Shown here piece after piece: positions 34,459 through 44,483 of a DNA stretch of 64,000 nt. A program made the position numbers and the translations under genes. The stretch covers positions 1 through 64,000 of the IMG/VR virus record IMGVR_UViG_3300020477_000014. One strand, written 5' to 3'. The notes under the pieces were generated by a model. That model was not told where the DNA came from. It saw only the letters and a program-made list of their open reading frames with translations, and searched no databases. The stretch comes from a virus. How positions within the stretch are numbered: position 1 is the first letter of the stretch; every line of letters begins with the position of its first letter.

Positions 34459-35316
34459 ATGTCTCAAGTTATATTTTTGTCCGATATGTTTGTGGAACAA
34501 TACGCCGGCGGAGCAGAGCTTACTAGTGAATCTATCATTAAGGCTGCTCCCGAAGGCATTATTATTAAGAAAATTCTTACTTCTACTTTGACGCAGAGGA
34601 TGATCGATCATCATAAAGAGTATTTGTGGGTAATTTGCAATTTTGCTGGCTTATCGGATGAGTTTAAAATATATTTTTGTAAGAATAAGATATCTTATAC
34701 TATTATTGAATATGATTATAAATTTTGTAAATATCGCTCCATGGAGAAACATGAGTATGCAGAGGGAAAAGCATGCGATTGTAATGAACTCCCGTTTGGT
34801 AAAATTAATAAAATATTTTATGGATATGCAAAACAGATTTGGTTTATGAGTGCCAAACAACAAAATATTTTTCACGATAAAGTACAGACTATTAAAGAAG
34901 AAAATACCAGCGTGTTGTCTTCTATTTTTGCCGATGGCGATTTGAGGTTTATTGACAACATTCGTCATAATGAAAAGAATTCTAAATATATTATTTTGCA
35001 ATCTCCTTCTTGGATCAAGGGAACAGGAGAGTGTGTAGAATATGCTAAATCTCATAATTTGGATTTTGATTTGGTCCATAATCTACCGTATCCCGAGTTG
35101 TTGATAAAACTCTCTCAATCCCGCGGACTTATATTTAGACCTTTAGGGGGAGACACATGCCCTCGAATTGTGATTGAGGCAAAGTTGCTGGGTTGCGAAT
35201 TGGTTTTAAATGGAAACGTGCAACACAAAGACGAAAAATGGTTCAATGCCAGCTATGAAGAGATGGTTGCCTATCTTAAAGGTCGTGCTAGTGTTTTTTG
35301 GAAGCATTATGAATAA
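34459..35316 (+). CDS. Short GT-B-like glycosyltransferase
   Basis: GGAELT; WIKGT; DTCPRIVIEAKLLGC. Confidence 0.7.
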   Translation: MSQVIFLSDMFVEQYAGGAELTSESIIKAAPEGIIIKKILTSTLTQRMIDHHKEYLWVICNFAGLSDEFKIYFCKNKISYTIIEYDYKFCKYRSMEKHEYAEGKACDCNELPFGKINKIFYGYAKQIWFMSAKQQNIFHDKVQTIKEENTSVLSSIFADGDLRFIDNIRHNEKNSKYIILQSPSWIKGTGECVEYAKSHNLDFDLVHNLPYPELLIKLSQSRGLIFRPLGGDTCPRIVIEAKLLGCELVLNGNVQHKDEKWFNASYEEMVAYLKGRASVFWKHYE

Positions 35317-35998
35317 GAAAACTATAATTTTAATGGGGAACGGTCCATCCCTGAAGGACGTAGACTTTTCGTTGTTAGATGGTTACGATACTTTTGGTCT
35401 CAATTCGGCATATCGCGCATATGAAAGAATGGACTGGTGGCCTACTTATCACGGCTGTTTTGATTATAGAGTTACAGATAATCATAGGAGCAAATTCGAG
35501 GACTTGATAACCAACAGTCCTATTAAGAAATGTTTCTATATTCGTGATTTTGGAACAAATGATGGGTTTCAATATGTAAACTTGCAACAATATGGTACAA
35601 CGCAAAAGTTCAATAATTCGCTAGCTGATTTTGATTCATTTCATGATAATGGAAATTCAGGCGCCAATGCTAGTTCAGCGGCTGTTTGCATGGGTTACAA
35701 TAGGATCATACTTTTGGGCGTAGATTGCAATTATGTAGAATTCGTCGACGGCTCCCAACGAGATGGTCCGGGGCTGAAAATGGAGAAAACGCCCGAACAT
35801 AATCCTAATTATTGGTTTGATGATTACCAGCAAAAGGGCGATGAATACAATATTCCTCGAGGGATGGATTTTCATATGCCTACCTGGAATGCGTTTGCTT
35901 ACAATGCTGCTCATAATAATATAGAAGTCATTAATTGCAGCCCCATTACCACCTTAAGGTGCTTTAAGAGAATGAACATAGAGGAAGCGCTAAGGTGA
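35309..35998 (+). CDS. CstII/Maf (DUF115)-like CMP-sugar-acid transferase
   Basis: IILMGNGPSL, FGLNSAY, MGYNRIILLGVDCNY, NYWFDDY. Confidence 0.7.
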   Translation: MNKKTIILMGNGPSLKDVDFSLLDGYDTFGLNSAYRAYERMDWWPTYHGCFDYRVTDNHRSKFEDLITNSPIKKCFYIRDFGTNDGFQYVNLQQYGTTQKFNNSLADFDSFHDNGNSGANASSAAVCMGYNRIILLGVDCNYVEFVDGSQRDGPGLKMEKTPEHNPNYWFDDYQQKGDEYNIPRGMDFHMPTWNAFAYNAAHNNIEVINCSPITTLRCFKRMNIEEALR

Positions 35999-36405
35999 TA
36001 AGGATTTATTCAAAAATAGAACCAGATTTATTATTACATGTGATCAATAGATTCTCTGAGATTGACGGTCGAACTGAAGTTATTCCGGCAGATAATTTTT
36101 TACAATGCGCTACACTGAAGATGGAGAAGGGTAAAACTTTTGCCCCTCATTATCATATAAAAAAGGAAAGAACCTATACCGAACAAATTGCACAAGAATC
36201 GTGGATTGTAGTAAGGGGTGCTGTCAAATGTATATTGTATGACATAGATCACACTATTGTAGCCACTCCGATATTGTATGCTGGAGATGCAAGCTACACA
36301 TTGCATGGAGGGCACACTTATGAGATTCTGGAACACGATACAATAGTTTATGAATATAAGACGGGACCCTATGAAGGGCAAAAGTTCGATAAGGTGTTGA
36401 TATGA
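35995..36405 (+). CDS. WbuC-like cupin (sugar isomerase/epimerase)
   Basis: APHYH...QESWIVVRG...GGHTYE...EYKTGPY. Confidence 0.7.
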   Translation: MIRIYSKIEPDLLLHVINRFSEIDGRTEVIPADNFLQCATLKMEKGKTFAPHYHIKKERTYTEQIAQESWIVVRGAVKCILYDIDHTIVATPILYAGDASYTLHGGHTYEILEHDTIVYEYKTGPYEGQKFDKVLI

Positions 36406-36944
36406 TTAAAATAAATATGGGCTGTGGGTGGAGAAATTTTGGCAATGATTGGACCCATATCGATGCCGGCAACTATGATCATTTGAATTATAAAAGTATA
36501 ATAAACTTAAGTCAATTTCAAGACAATTCTGTTGGTTTAATTTACTCTTCTCATGTTATTGAATATTTTGATCGTACAGAAGTGATCCCTTTATTACAAG
36601 AGTGGAAAAGAATTTTGAACAAGGGTGGCACTCTAAGAATAGCAGTCCCTAATTTTGAAGCTATCGCTACTTTATATTCAAAAGGAAAAATTCCCCTTGA
36701 TAGAGTCTTGGGTCCACTTTACGGAAGAATGCAGATGTCTGATTGCACGATTTATCACAAAACAGTTTATGATTTCGTTTCTTTGAAAGAATTATTAGTG
36801 GAGCTTGGTTTTTCAAAAGTAAAAAAATATAATTGGCGGAAAACGGATCATGCCATATTTGACGATTATTCCCAAGCATATCTTCCCCACATGGATAAAG
36901 AAAATGGAACTTTAATAAGTTTAAATGTTGAGTGTGTTAAATGA
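36402..36944 (+). CDS. SAM-dependent methyltransferase (type 11-like)
   Basis: INMGCG, IYSSHVIEYF, WKRILNKGGTLRIAVP. Confidence 0.8.
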   Translation: MIKINMGCGWRNFGNDWTHIDAGNYDHLNYKSIINLSQFQDNSVGLIYSSHVIEYFDRTEVIPLLQEWKRILNKGGTLRIAVPNFEAIATLYSKGKIPLDRVLGPLYGRMQMSDCTIYHKTVYDFVSLKELLVELGFSKVKKYNWRKTDHAIFDDYSQAYLPHMDKENGTLISLNVECVK

Positions 36945-37534
36945 GTTTTGAGATAATTCAAAAATTTGAAAAAGAGATTGCTCGTTTTTATGGAGCCCCA
37001 TATGCTGTAGCTGTCGATTGTTGCACTCATGCAATCGAACTTTGCCTAAGACAGCAAAGCATAAAGCACTACACAGTTCCCAAAAGAACTTATATATCTG
37101 TTCCGTTTTTGGCTGATAAATTAGGCATAAACTTTGATTGGCGAAATGAGGAATGGCAAGATTATTATTACCTCGGAGGGACAAATATTATCGATGCTGC
37201 GGTTCTTTGGAGAGAGAATTCTTATATACCAAACACCTTTATGTGTGTTAGTTTTCAATATAGAAAACATTTATCTTTAGGAAGGGGAGGAATTATCTTG
37301 ACAGATAACAAAAAAGATGTTATATTATTAAAAAAGATGTCTTATGATGGTCGCTTGCCTGATGTTCCCTGGCGGGAACAGGACATTGACACAATGGGGT
37401 ATCACTATTACATGACACCGGAAACAGCAAATCTTGGTTTGCAAAAATTACCAAATGCCATAAAAACAAAACCAAAACAATGGATAGTGACAGATTGGCC
37501 AGATTTAACAAAAATGGAGATTTTTAAAAAATGA
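36941..37534 (+). CDS. Short DegT/DnrJ/EryC1/StrS PLP-dependent aminotransferase
   Basis: FEKEIARFYG...AVDCCTHAIEL, IIDAA, SFQYRKHLSLGRGG, GYHYYM; only 197 aa. Confidence 0.75.
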   Translation: MSFEIIQKFEKEIARFYGAPYAVAVDCCTHAIELCLRQQSIKHYTVPKRTYISVPFLADKLGINFDWRNEEWQDYYYLGGTNIIDAAVLWRENSYIPNTFMCVSFQYRKHLSLGRGGIILTDNKKDVILLKKMSYDGRLPDVPWREQDIDTMGYHYYMTPETANLGLQKLPNAIKTKPKQWIVTDWPDLTKMEIFKK

Positions 37535-38502
37535 AAAAAGCTTTAATTACCGGTATTGCCGGTCAAGACGGAAGCTATCTAACAGAACACTTGCTTTCCA
37601 TGGGATATGAAGTTCATGGTATAGTTCGACGGCATTCGGTGGCAGAGAATCAAAATTTTCGCTTACACCGATTAGGATCCGAACCTAATGTGTACACTTA
37701 TTATGGTGATTTGCTGGATTACCCTTCACTAGTTAGAATAATTTCGATAGTGAAGCCAGACGAGATTTATAATCTTGGTGCCATGAGTCACGTAAGGGTT
37801 AGTTTCGATATGCCTTCTTTTACAATTCAAACAAACGCCTTGGGTGTTTTAAACATGCTTGAAGTTTACAGAACTCTTTCCCCGGAAGCGAAATTCTATC
37901 AAGCTAGTTCTTCTGAGATGTTCGGAAACTCAGTTGATTCTGACGGTGTTCAGAGGCTTACTACTCCTATGAACCCAGTCAGCCCCTATGGGTGCGCTAA
38001 AGTTATGGGGTATAATTTAGTTAGACACTATCGACATGCTTACAAATTACATGCATGCAATGGAATTCTATTTAATCACGAATCCCCCCGACGAGGCTCT
38101 AACTTTGTGACCAATAAGGTTGTCAAAGGAGCCGTCTCTATCAAGAAGGGACTTCAAGACAAACTTGAGCTTGGCAATATGGACTCATCCCGGGATTGGG
38201 GTCATTCAAAAGATTATGTTAAGGCTATGCACATGATAATAAACCATGACACCCCCGAAGAATTTATTGTTGCAACCGGAGAAACACACTCAGTGAGAGA
38301 TTTGTGCGATGTGGTATTTTCTAAATTGGGAATGAACTATGCAGATTATATTGTTCAAAATCCGAAATATATGAGACCAGAAGAATTGAGATATCTAAAG
38401 GGAGACCCCTCGAAGGCTCATACAGTCTTGGGGTGGAAGCCAGAATATACTTTTGAAACAATGATAGAGGAAATGATCGAAAGATGGGAAAAAGAACTAT
38501 AA
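37531..38502 (+). CDS. gmd: GDP-mannose 4,6-dehydratase
   Basis: ALITGIAGQDGSYL, PDEIYNL, SHVRVSF, YQASSSEMFG, PYGCAK, LFNHESPRRG, RDWGH. Confidence 0.95.
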   Translation: MKKALITGIAGQDGSYLTEHLLSMGYEVHGIVRRHSVAENQNFRLHRLGSEPNVYTYYGDLLDYPSLVRIISIVKPDEIYNLGAMSHVRVSFDMPSFTIQTNALGVLNMLEVYRTLSPEAKFYQASSSEMFGNSVDSDGVQRLTTPMNPVSPYGCAKVMGYNLVRHYRHAYKLHACNGILFNHESPRRGSNFVTNKVVKGAVSIKKGLQDKLELGNMDSSRDWGHSKDYVKAMHMIINHDTPEEFIVATGETHSVRDLCDVVFSKLGMNYADYIVQNPKYMRPEELRYLKGDPSKAHTVLGWKPEYTFETMIEEMIERWEKEL

Positions 38503-38714
38503 AGAAATTCAACCGCGGCGACTTGGTGAAATGGTATGAGGTATACAATGATGTCTACATTACCAAAGATTATGGAACCGGAATCGTGATGGAGAGAATG
38601 GAACAAAATTACGGCTTCATCGATGGACCGGTTACTACCTACAGGGTATATAGATTAAAATATAGTGATATTGTTTTGTATGGGTCGGACTTAATAGAGG
38701 AAATAAATGAATAA
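38484..38714 (+). CDS. SH3/KOW-like protein inside the glycan cluster
   Basis: FNRGDLVKW...GTGIVMER...YRVY. Confidence 0.6.
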   Translation: MGKRTIKKFNRGDLVKWYEVYNDVYITKDYGTGIVMERMEQNYGFIDGPVTTYRVYRLKYSDIVLYGSDLIEEINE

Positions 38715-40371
38715 AAGATTATGCGTGTTGCAGGTCACTCCTACCGAACCTAATAGGGATCATATCGAATTATTTCACAATAAAAAAGATTGTGATTTTT
38801 ATTTTGTAACACATGATAGCCAACATGCTGATGCATTAAAATTTTGTCCCAACACTACGTGGACAGATACAAGAAATATATTAGCTGAAATGGTTCCTAA
38901 AAAATATGATTATTATGCTTTTGTGGATTATGATTATCGTTTTCATCCCCAAGGCGATCTTGGGGTACTTGAGCAGATATTGTCTGATTTAGAACATTTC
39001 AATCCAGCAGTTTTGACTTGTTATCCGGGTTCTGGGCTTATAACTCCCTTTGCTTCCGATATGGATTATAAAAACAAACATACCCACTCTGTAATACCTT
39101 TTACGCATTGTGGAATGAAGGTGGTCCACCATAGCCTTATGAATTGGTTTTTCCCAATGGTTACGAAATTTGGTGGTGGAGTGGAAGCATGTCATCTTTT
39201 TAACATAATGGAGCTTCCTTTTTTGCAAAATATTGTTTGCACTCATCAAATTGTATATGATAATGGAGTTACTGACATGAATGCGCCACACAATCGCGAT
39301 GGTGCACAATCTAAATTGAACATGGACAAGATGTGGTCATGGTTGTATCCTTATTTTAACAAAAGAAAAACCCTAAGAGATAAAGAAGTAAAACTCAGGT
39401 GGGGCGACAGTATCCCAACACGTATCGAGGAATACACTTCATATACTAATTCACTAACAATTAAAGAGACGTACGTCGGCTTATTGACTGGAAAAGTGAT
39501 TCCCAGTCCGGCAGAAAAAGAGGTAGATTATTACAGTTTAAAATATAAAGATAAAATTAAGAAGTTTTTCGATATAAATCATGAACATTTTGCTCCCAAA
39601 TTTGGAAATCTAAAATCTAGAAATGATACAATTGTTATTGTAGGAAATGGACCTTCTTTAAAAGAGGAATATTTCGAGATTTTACGACGCGATGATATTG
39701 ATACTTTCGGATTGAACGTTGCATATCGTTTTTTTGAGAAGATGAATTGGTATCCTAAGTTTTATGGATGTTTTGATTACGCTGCCACGAACACCCACAG
39801 ATCCAGTATTGCCTCTTTTATACGAGATAAGGATTGTCCTATAGAAAAGTTTTTCTTATTGGAAAGACCTAGTATCGAGGCAAGACTAAGCAACACTAAG
39901 TTGTATTTCGATGAGGACGTCCGCGGCGATCGTAAATATGTAGAAAGACCCCATAATCAAGACGGAATCGGATGGCCCACGTGGGGCACCAGGAATAATA
40001 AGATATCTTGCACGGGCGCAAATGCAATTCGCACCGCAATGGAATTAGGATACAAAAAGATTATTTTAATTGGTCATGATGCCAGCTACACTCCTTCGAA
40101 AAAAATCGAGGGACATTCTCAAGTATCGTCGGACAGATATGAGGTGACGGAAAAATCTCAAAATCCTAATTATTTTTGGCAAGATTATTACGAGAAGGGA
40201 GATATTTATAATAAGCCGGGGGATGCATTACCTGCATGGAAAAATATGGCTGATTGTGTAAGCCAAACTTATCCACATGTGGATGTAGTTAATTGCTCGA
40301 AGAACTCTAGAGTAACTTTTTTTCGGTTTGGTGAGTTTTTTAAAGAGATTGGGGTAAAAAATGAAGACTAA
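38707..40371 (+). CDS. Fusion: GT-A-like domain plus CstII/Maf-like transferase domain
   Basis: N-half YYAFVDYD (DxD); C-half IVIVGNGPSL, FGLNVAY, LGYKKIILIGHDASY, NYFWQDYY. Confidence 0.65.
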   Translation: MNKRLCVLQVTPTEPNRDHIELFHNKKDCDFYFVTHDSQHADALKFCPNTTWTDTRNILAEMVPKKYDYYAFVDYDYRFHPQGDLGVLEQILSDLEHFNPAVLTCYPGSGLITPFASDMDYKNKHTHSVIPFTHCGMKVVHHSLMNWFFPMVTKFGGGVEACHLFNIMELPFLQNIVCTHQIVYDNGVTDMNAPHNRDGAQSKLNMDKMWSWLYPYFNKRKTLRDKEVKLRWGDSIPTRIEEYTSYTNSLTIKETYVGLLTGKVIPSPAEKEVDYYSLKYKDKIKKFFDINHEHFAPKFGNLKSRNDTIVIVGNGPSLKEEYFEILRRDDIDTFGLNVAYRFFEKMNWYPKFYGCFDYAATNTHRSSIASFIRDKDCPIEKFFLLERPSIEARLSNTKLYFDEDVRGDRKYVERPHNQDGIGWPTWGTRNNKISCTGANAIRTAMELGYKKIILIGHDASYTPSKKIEGHSQVSSDRYEVTEKSQNPNYFWQDYYEKGDIYNKPGDALPAWKNMADCVSQTYPHVDVVNCSKNSRVTFFRFGEFFKEIGVKNED

Positions 40372-40795
40372 AAACGATAGTGATCTAAAGAGAGTGCTGG
40401 AAAAGGACGGCGTTCATTGTTTGGAATTAAAGAAATATGAAAATTGTTCTACTATAAATTTAGCTGAATTGAGAGAAGATTTGGGCATGGGGTCTTGGGC
40501 AGTGAGAATTGCTTACAACGATCTTTTTGGTGGAGTAGTCATTCAGCAACAGCCCGGCGAGGGAAATCGAAAACACTTCCATCATGATGCAGACGAGAAT
40601 TGGGTAATTTTAGATGGAGAGTGGGAATGGTGGATTGATGGCATTGGAAAACGCCGAGTGAAACAACATGATATAATAGTAGTGCCCCGAGGCGTTTGGC
40701 ACCAAATAACGTGCATAGGAGATTCGCCAGGAGTACGGTATGCAATTACACGACCGGATGTAGACCATGTATACGAAGACAACAACGATAAATAA
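40361..40795 (+). CDS. Cupin domain protein
   Basis: HFHHDADENWVILDG; VVPRGVWHQI. Confidence 0.85.
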   Translation: MKTKNDSDLKRVLEKDGVHCLELKKYENCSTINLAELREDLGMGSWAVRIAYNDLFGGVVIQQQPGEGNRKHFHHDADENWVILDGEWEWWIDGIGKRRVKQHDIIVVPRGVWHQITCIGDSPGVRYAITRPDVDHVYEDNNDK

Positions 40796-41501
40796 TATTA
40801 CTTTTAATTATTCTAACAAGATTGTGGTAGTAGTAGGGGGATCCCGTGGCATTGGCAAGGAAATCTGCAAGCAATTTGTTTTGGCTGGCGCTACGGTCTA
40901 TTGTTTATCACGAACGCCGCTTAATACAAAAGGAGTGACACACATTGTGTGTGATATATCTATCGAGAAAGATATTGACAAAGCTATCGCACAATTGGAG
41001 TCTATTGATTTTTTGATTAATGTAGCCGGCACCAACTTATGTGAGCCGATTGAAAATATAACAACCACAGAATGGGACCGGCTGATGAACACGAATTTGA
41101 AATCGTTTTTTTTGATTTCTAAAAAGGTGATTCCTTTGATGAAGGAGAAGAATTCCGGTCGCATTGTTAATGTCTCTTCTATTGCCGGCAGACATAAGAG
41201 CGTGGTTAGCGGCGTACATTATACATCTAGCAAATATGGTATTGTGGGATTAACTAAGCAGTTGGCACATGAGGTATCTCGATATAATATTTTGGTAAAC
41301 TGCGTGTGCCCAAGCCAAACAAGAACTGAAATGTTGGAAGCTTCCATGACTGAGGAACAGTTGCATAATTTAGAAAAACAAATTCCTGTACGTCGAATTG
41401 CTACCACTGTTGAGCAATCGTTACCTGTGTTGTTTCTTTGTTCTGATGGTGCTTCTTACATTAGTGGCGCTACAATCGATATTAACGGGGGTCAATTCTA
41501 A
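40767..41501 (+). CDS. Short-chain dehydrogenase/reductase
   Basis: VVGGSRGIG, LINVAG, IVNVSS, YTSSK, VNCVCP, INGG. Confidence 0.9.
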   Translation: MYTKTTTINNITFNYSNKIVVVVGGSRGIGKEICKQFVLAGATVYCLSRTPLNTKGVTHIVCDISIEKDIDKAIAQLESIDFLINVAGTNLCEPIENITTTEWDRLMNTNLKSFFLISKKVIPLMKEKNSGRIVNVSSIAGRHKSVVSGVHYTSSKYGIVGLTKQLAHEVSRYNILVNCVCPSQTRTEMLEASMTEEQLHNLEKQIPVRRIATTVEQSLPVLFLCSDGASYISGATIDINGGQF

Positions 41502-42179
41502 ATGCATAGGGATATAGATATAAACGTTTTGATTGCTGTTAGAGGCGGTTCTAAGCGCATTCCTGGAAAGAATACGAGACCTTTCGGGGGAGCCTCGATG
41601 CTTGAATTGAAAATTCAACAAGCTCTTCGATTAAAAGAAGTATCTGCGGTGGTGGTGACGTCAGAAGATGACTCCATGTTGCAGATAGCAGAAGATCTGG
41701 GAGCAGTTGCTATGAAGAGGGATTCTTATTATGCTAGCGATACGGTTCCAATGGGAGAAGTATATGTTCATCTTGCGTCATCTCTTAGTTGTAAGGATGT
41801 TTTGTGGACGCCGGTCACAAGTCCATTGGTGACCGATAAAACCATACAAGAGTGTATAACTTTTTATAAAACCAGGCCAGAGTTTGATTCTGTAGTAACC
41901 ACCAATCTGGTCAAGGAATATATGTGGTTGGGCGATAAAGCCATCAACTATGATCCACTGAATCATCCCAGATCCCAGGATTTGCCGGATGTTTATGCTT
42001 TGAATTTCGCAGCCAACATTCTTTCCCGCGAGATGATGATCAAAAACAGGAACATTATAGGAGATAAATTTTATCCTTATATGATAGACGATGTTGAATC
42101 TGTGGACGTGGATACTGAATTTGATTTTGTGATAGCAGAGTTTTTATATAATAACAGAGGAAAAGATTGTGACATATAA
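41502..42179 (+). CDS. Acylneuraminate/KDO-type cytidylyltransferase (NeuA/KdsB family)
   Basis: IAVRGGSKRIPGKN, VTSED, TSPL, RSQDLP, VDVDTEFDF. Confidence 0.85.
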   Translation: MHRDIDINVLIAVRGGSKRIPGKNTRPFGGASMLELKIQQALRLKEVSAVVVTSEDDSMLQIAEDLGAVAMKRDSYYASDTVPMGEVYVHLASSLSCKDVLWTPVTSPLVTDKTIQECITFYKTRPEFDSVVTTNLVKEYMWLGDKAINYDPLNHPRSQDLPDVYALNFAANILSREMMIKNRNIIGDKFYPYMIDDVESVDVDTEFDFVIAEFLYNNRGKDCDI

Positions 42180-42843
42180 GATAGAGGTACCCCCAATGTG
42201 CGAACCGGAAATCTTGCCAAAAGTAATACCATATTTTAAAAACCGATCTAAATTTGTGGATGTTGGGGCATCTGATGGCTGGTATACATATGTTGCCGCC
42301 AAGGAAATGCCATCAGGTTCGACAATAATTGGTTTCGAACCGGTACCATGGATTTTTGACAAATACAAGAATCATTATGTTGCATCTTGGGCGCCAGAGG
42401 ATTGGTTTAAAAACAAAACAATACACTGTTATAACCAAGTGGTTTCGGATCAATCCGGAATAGATACAAAGTTTTATAAAACAAAAAACCATTCAGGAGT
42501 TATGGATCCTCTTTTATTACTAAAAAAACCAGAAGCTTTTGAGGAAAGTTGGGATATTCCAACGACTAAGTTGGATGATTTTTTGGATCCTTCTGAAAAG
42601 GGAGTATTAATAAAAATTGACGTGGAAGGCGGTGAAGATAAGGTTATCAAGGGCGGTAACTATTATTTTTCCAATTGTGTAGAGTGTTATGTGTTTTTAG
42701 AATTGCACAATTCTTATCTCTTAAATAAAGGAGTGCCGCCACAAACCGTTGTGAAATATTTCACAGATCGAGGTTATGAAAAAATTAAATTAGGTGGCCA
42801 CGGGCGAATCGAATGGTATATTTTTAGGAAAGAAATCAAATGA
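42169..42843 (+). CDS. FkbM family methyltransferase
   Basis: FVDVGASDG, GFEP, TTKLDDF, IKIDVEGGE. Confidence 0.85.
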   Translation: MTYKIEVPPMCEPEILPKVIPYFKNRSKFVDVGASDGWYTYVAAKEMPSGSTIIGFEPVPWIFDKYKNHYVASWAPEDWFKNKTIHCYNQVVSDQSGIDTKFYKTKNHSGVMDPLLLLKKPEAFEESWDIPTTKLDDFLDPSEKGVLIKIDVEGGEDKVIKGGNYYFSNCVECYVFLELHNSYLLNKGVPPQTVVKYFTDRGYEKIKLGGHGRIEWYIFRKEIK

Positions 42844-43778
42844 GAAATATCAAGATCTTTATTGTTACATATAAGAGGGGAGATGTCCTAAATAATACTT
42901 TGCAAAAGTTATTCAAAGAAACCGATTTCTCCTTAATACCGAATACCGAAGTTAATATTATTAATAATCATTCAGATTTTTGGATTGATGATGAATTTCG
43001 GGACCAAGTGAATGTTATACACAATTCTACGCGCCCCGATTGGGATGTTGGTAATCTCGCACGTAATTGGAACGAAGCACTTTTGCACGGCTTTAAAGAT
43101 TTAAAAAACCCAGACTCTAAGGTGGTGGTAACGATGCAGAACGACATTGTTTTGCACCCCAATTGGGCCACCAATTTGCTTAAAATGCATAAAAAATATA
43201 ATTTCATAACTGGTTGCGCAGGTGATAATATTATTAGTTATACGGCGGAGGCAGTGAAGAAGATCGGATTATGGGACGAAAGGTTTTGTTCCATATCTCA
43301 CAAAGAAGCCGATTATTATATTAGAGCGCTTATTTATAACAAAGAATATTCCATTATAAATGATCAGTTTCATAAGCGTTATCTAAATGCAGACGCATGG
43401 CTTCCTTTGGATACTGGTGATTACTTAGGCAATGAAAAAGAATGGATGAAGATAAAAGCCACCAACTTGTCTACAGAAGCAATGAACCATAGCACTCAGA
43501 TATTTTACTGGAAATGGAAAAACACATGGAAGACTCAACCTTCTTATAATGGATGGTTCGTTAATTGGTCGTCGGATTTTATAACCGATCCGCCATCTCC
43601 CCCGACCGTTCCGAATTTCATAAAATATTATTATTTTGAAAAAGATCTTGACAATTTGCAAAAAAAGAATTATATTGGTTGGAGAAGTGGCGATCTTTGG
43701 TTGAGATCTACGGGGAACCTGGACATTGATGAACTTCCACCTCCCAGAGAATCAACTACAGGAGAAATTTCGAAATGA
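42840..43778 (+). CDS. GT-A (GT2-like) glycosyltransferase
   Basis: IFIVTYKR, LARNWN, MQNDIV, IGLWDERF, EADY. Confidence 0.7.
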   Translation: MRNIKIFIVTYKRGDVLNNTLQKLFKETDFSLIPNTEVNIINNHSDFWIDDEFRDQVNVIHNSTRPDWDVGNLARNWNEALLHGFKDLKNPDSKVVVTMQNDIVLHPNWATNLLKMHKKYNFITGCAGDNIISYTAEAVKKIGLWDERFCSISHKEADYYIRALIYNKEYSIINDQFHKRYLNADAWLPLDTGDYLGNEKEWMKIKATNLSTEAMNHSTQIFYWKWKNTWKTQPSYNGWFVNWSSDFITDPPSPPTVPNFIKYYYFEKDLDNLQKKNYIGWRSGDLWLRSTGNLDIDELPPPRESTTGEISK

Positions 43779-44470
43779 TAACTACTAAAAATTTACAAAT
43801 AATAGACACTGCGCAAACTCTTTATGATGCTTTTAACGATTTTATTTTGAGCGACGATACCAAAGTGTTCGGAAAATTACTCGCAAGAGCCATTTTGCTC
43901 GATCGAGTAAAAGATGTTCCTGGTGATATAATAGAGTGTGGTGTTTTTAAAGGGACCGGTGTTGTTTCTTTTCTAAAAATAAAAAAATATTTATGCCCCA
44001 ATTCTCATAAAAAAGTTATTGGTTTTGATTTTTTTGATACTGACGGATTGTTAAAAAGCCTATCAAACCAAGACCAAGAGGCTATGAGTGCATTATTCAA
44101 AGATAGAGGATTCGAACATGAGCAGGGATTTGTTTCTTATTTAAAGCAGTCAATTGAATCCTTTGGGTTTCAAGAGCACGAATTTGAACTTGTACAAGGA
44201 GATATTTCAAAAACTATAAAAGAATATATATCCGATAAGCCTGGATTGAAAATTTCTCTTTTATATATTGATTTAGATATTGAAAAGCCAACTTATGATG
44301 TTTTGTGCGCCACTTGGGATAGAATGTCGAAGGGGGGCATGATAGTGTTTGATGAATATGCATATCATTGCTGGTCGGAGTCGATTGGTGTGGATAGGTT
44401 TTTCAAAGATAAGAATGTAGTAGTGAGGTCTCTAAATTTCATGGGACCCACAGCATATGTAATAAAATAA
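43775..44470 (+). CDS. TylF/MycF/NovP-like O-methyltransferase
   Basis: VPGDIIECGVFKG, GFDFF, LLYIDLDI, GGMIVFDEY. Confidence 0.85.
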   Translation: MITTKNLQIIDTAQTLYDAFNDFILSDDTKVFGKLLARAILLDRVKDVPGDIIECGVFKGTGVVSFLKIKKYLCPNSHKKVIGFDFFDTDGLLKSLSNQDQEAMSALFKDRGFEHEQGFVSYLKQSIESFGFQEHEFELVQGDISKTIKEYISDKPGLKISLLYIDLDIEKPTYDVLCATWDRMSKGGMIVFDEYAYHCWSESIGVDRFFKDKNVVVRSLNFMGPTAYVIK

Positions 44471-44483
44471 AAAGAGAACAAAC

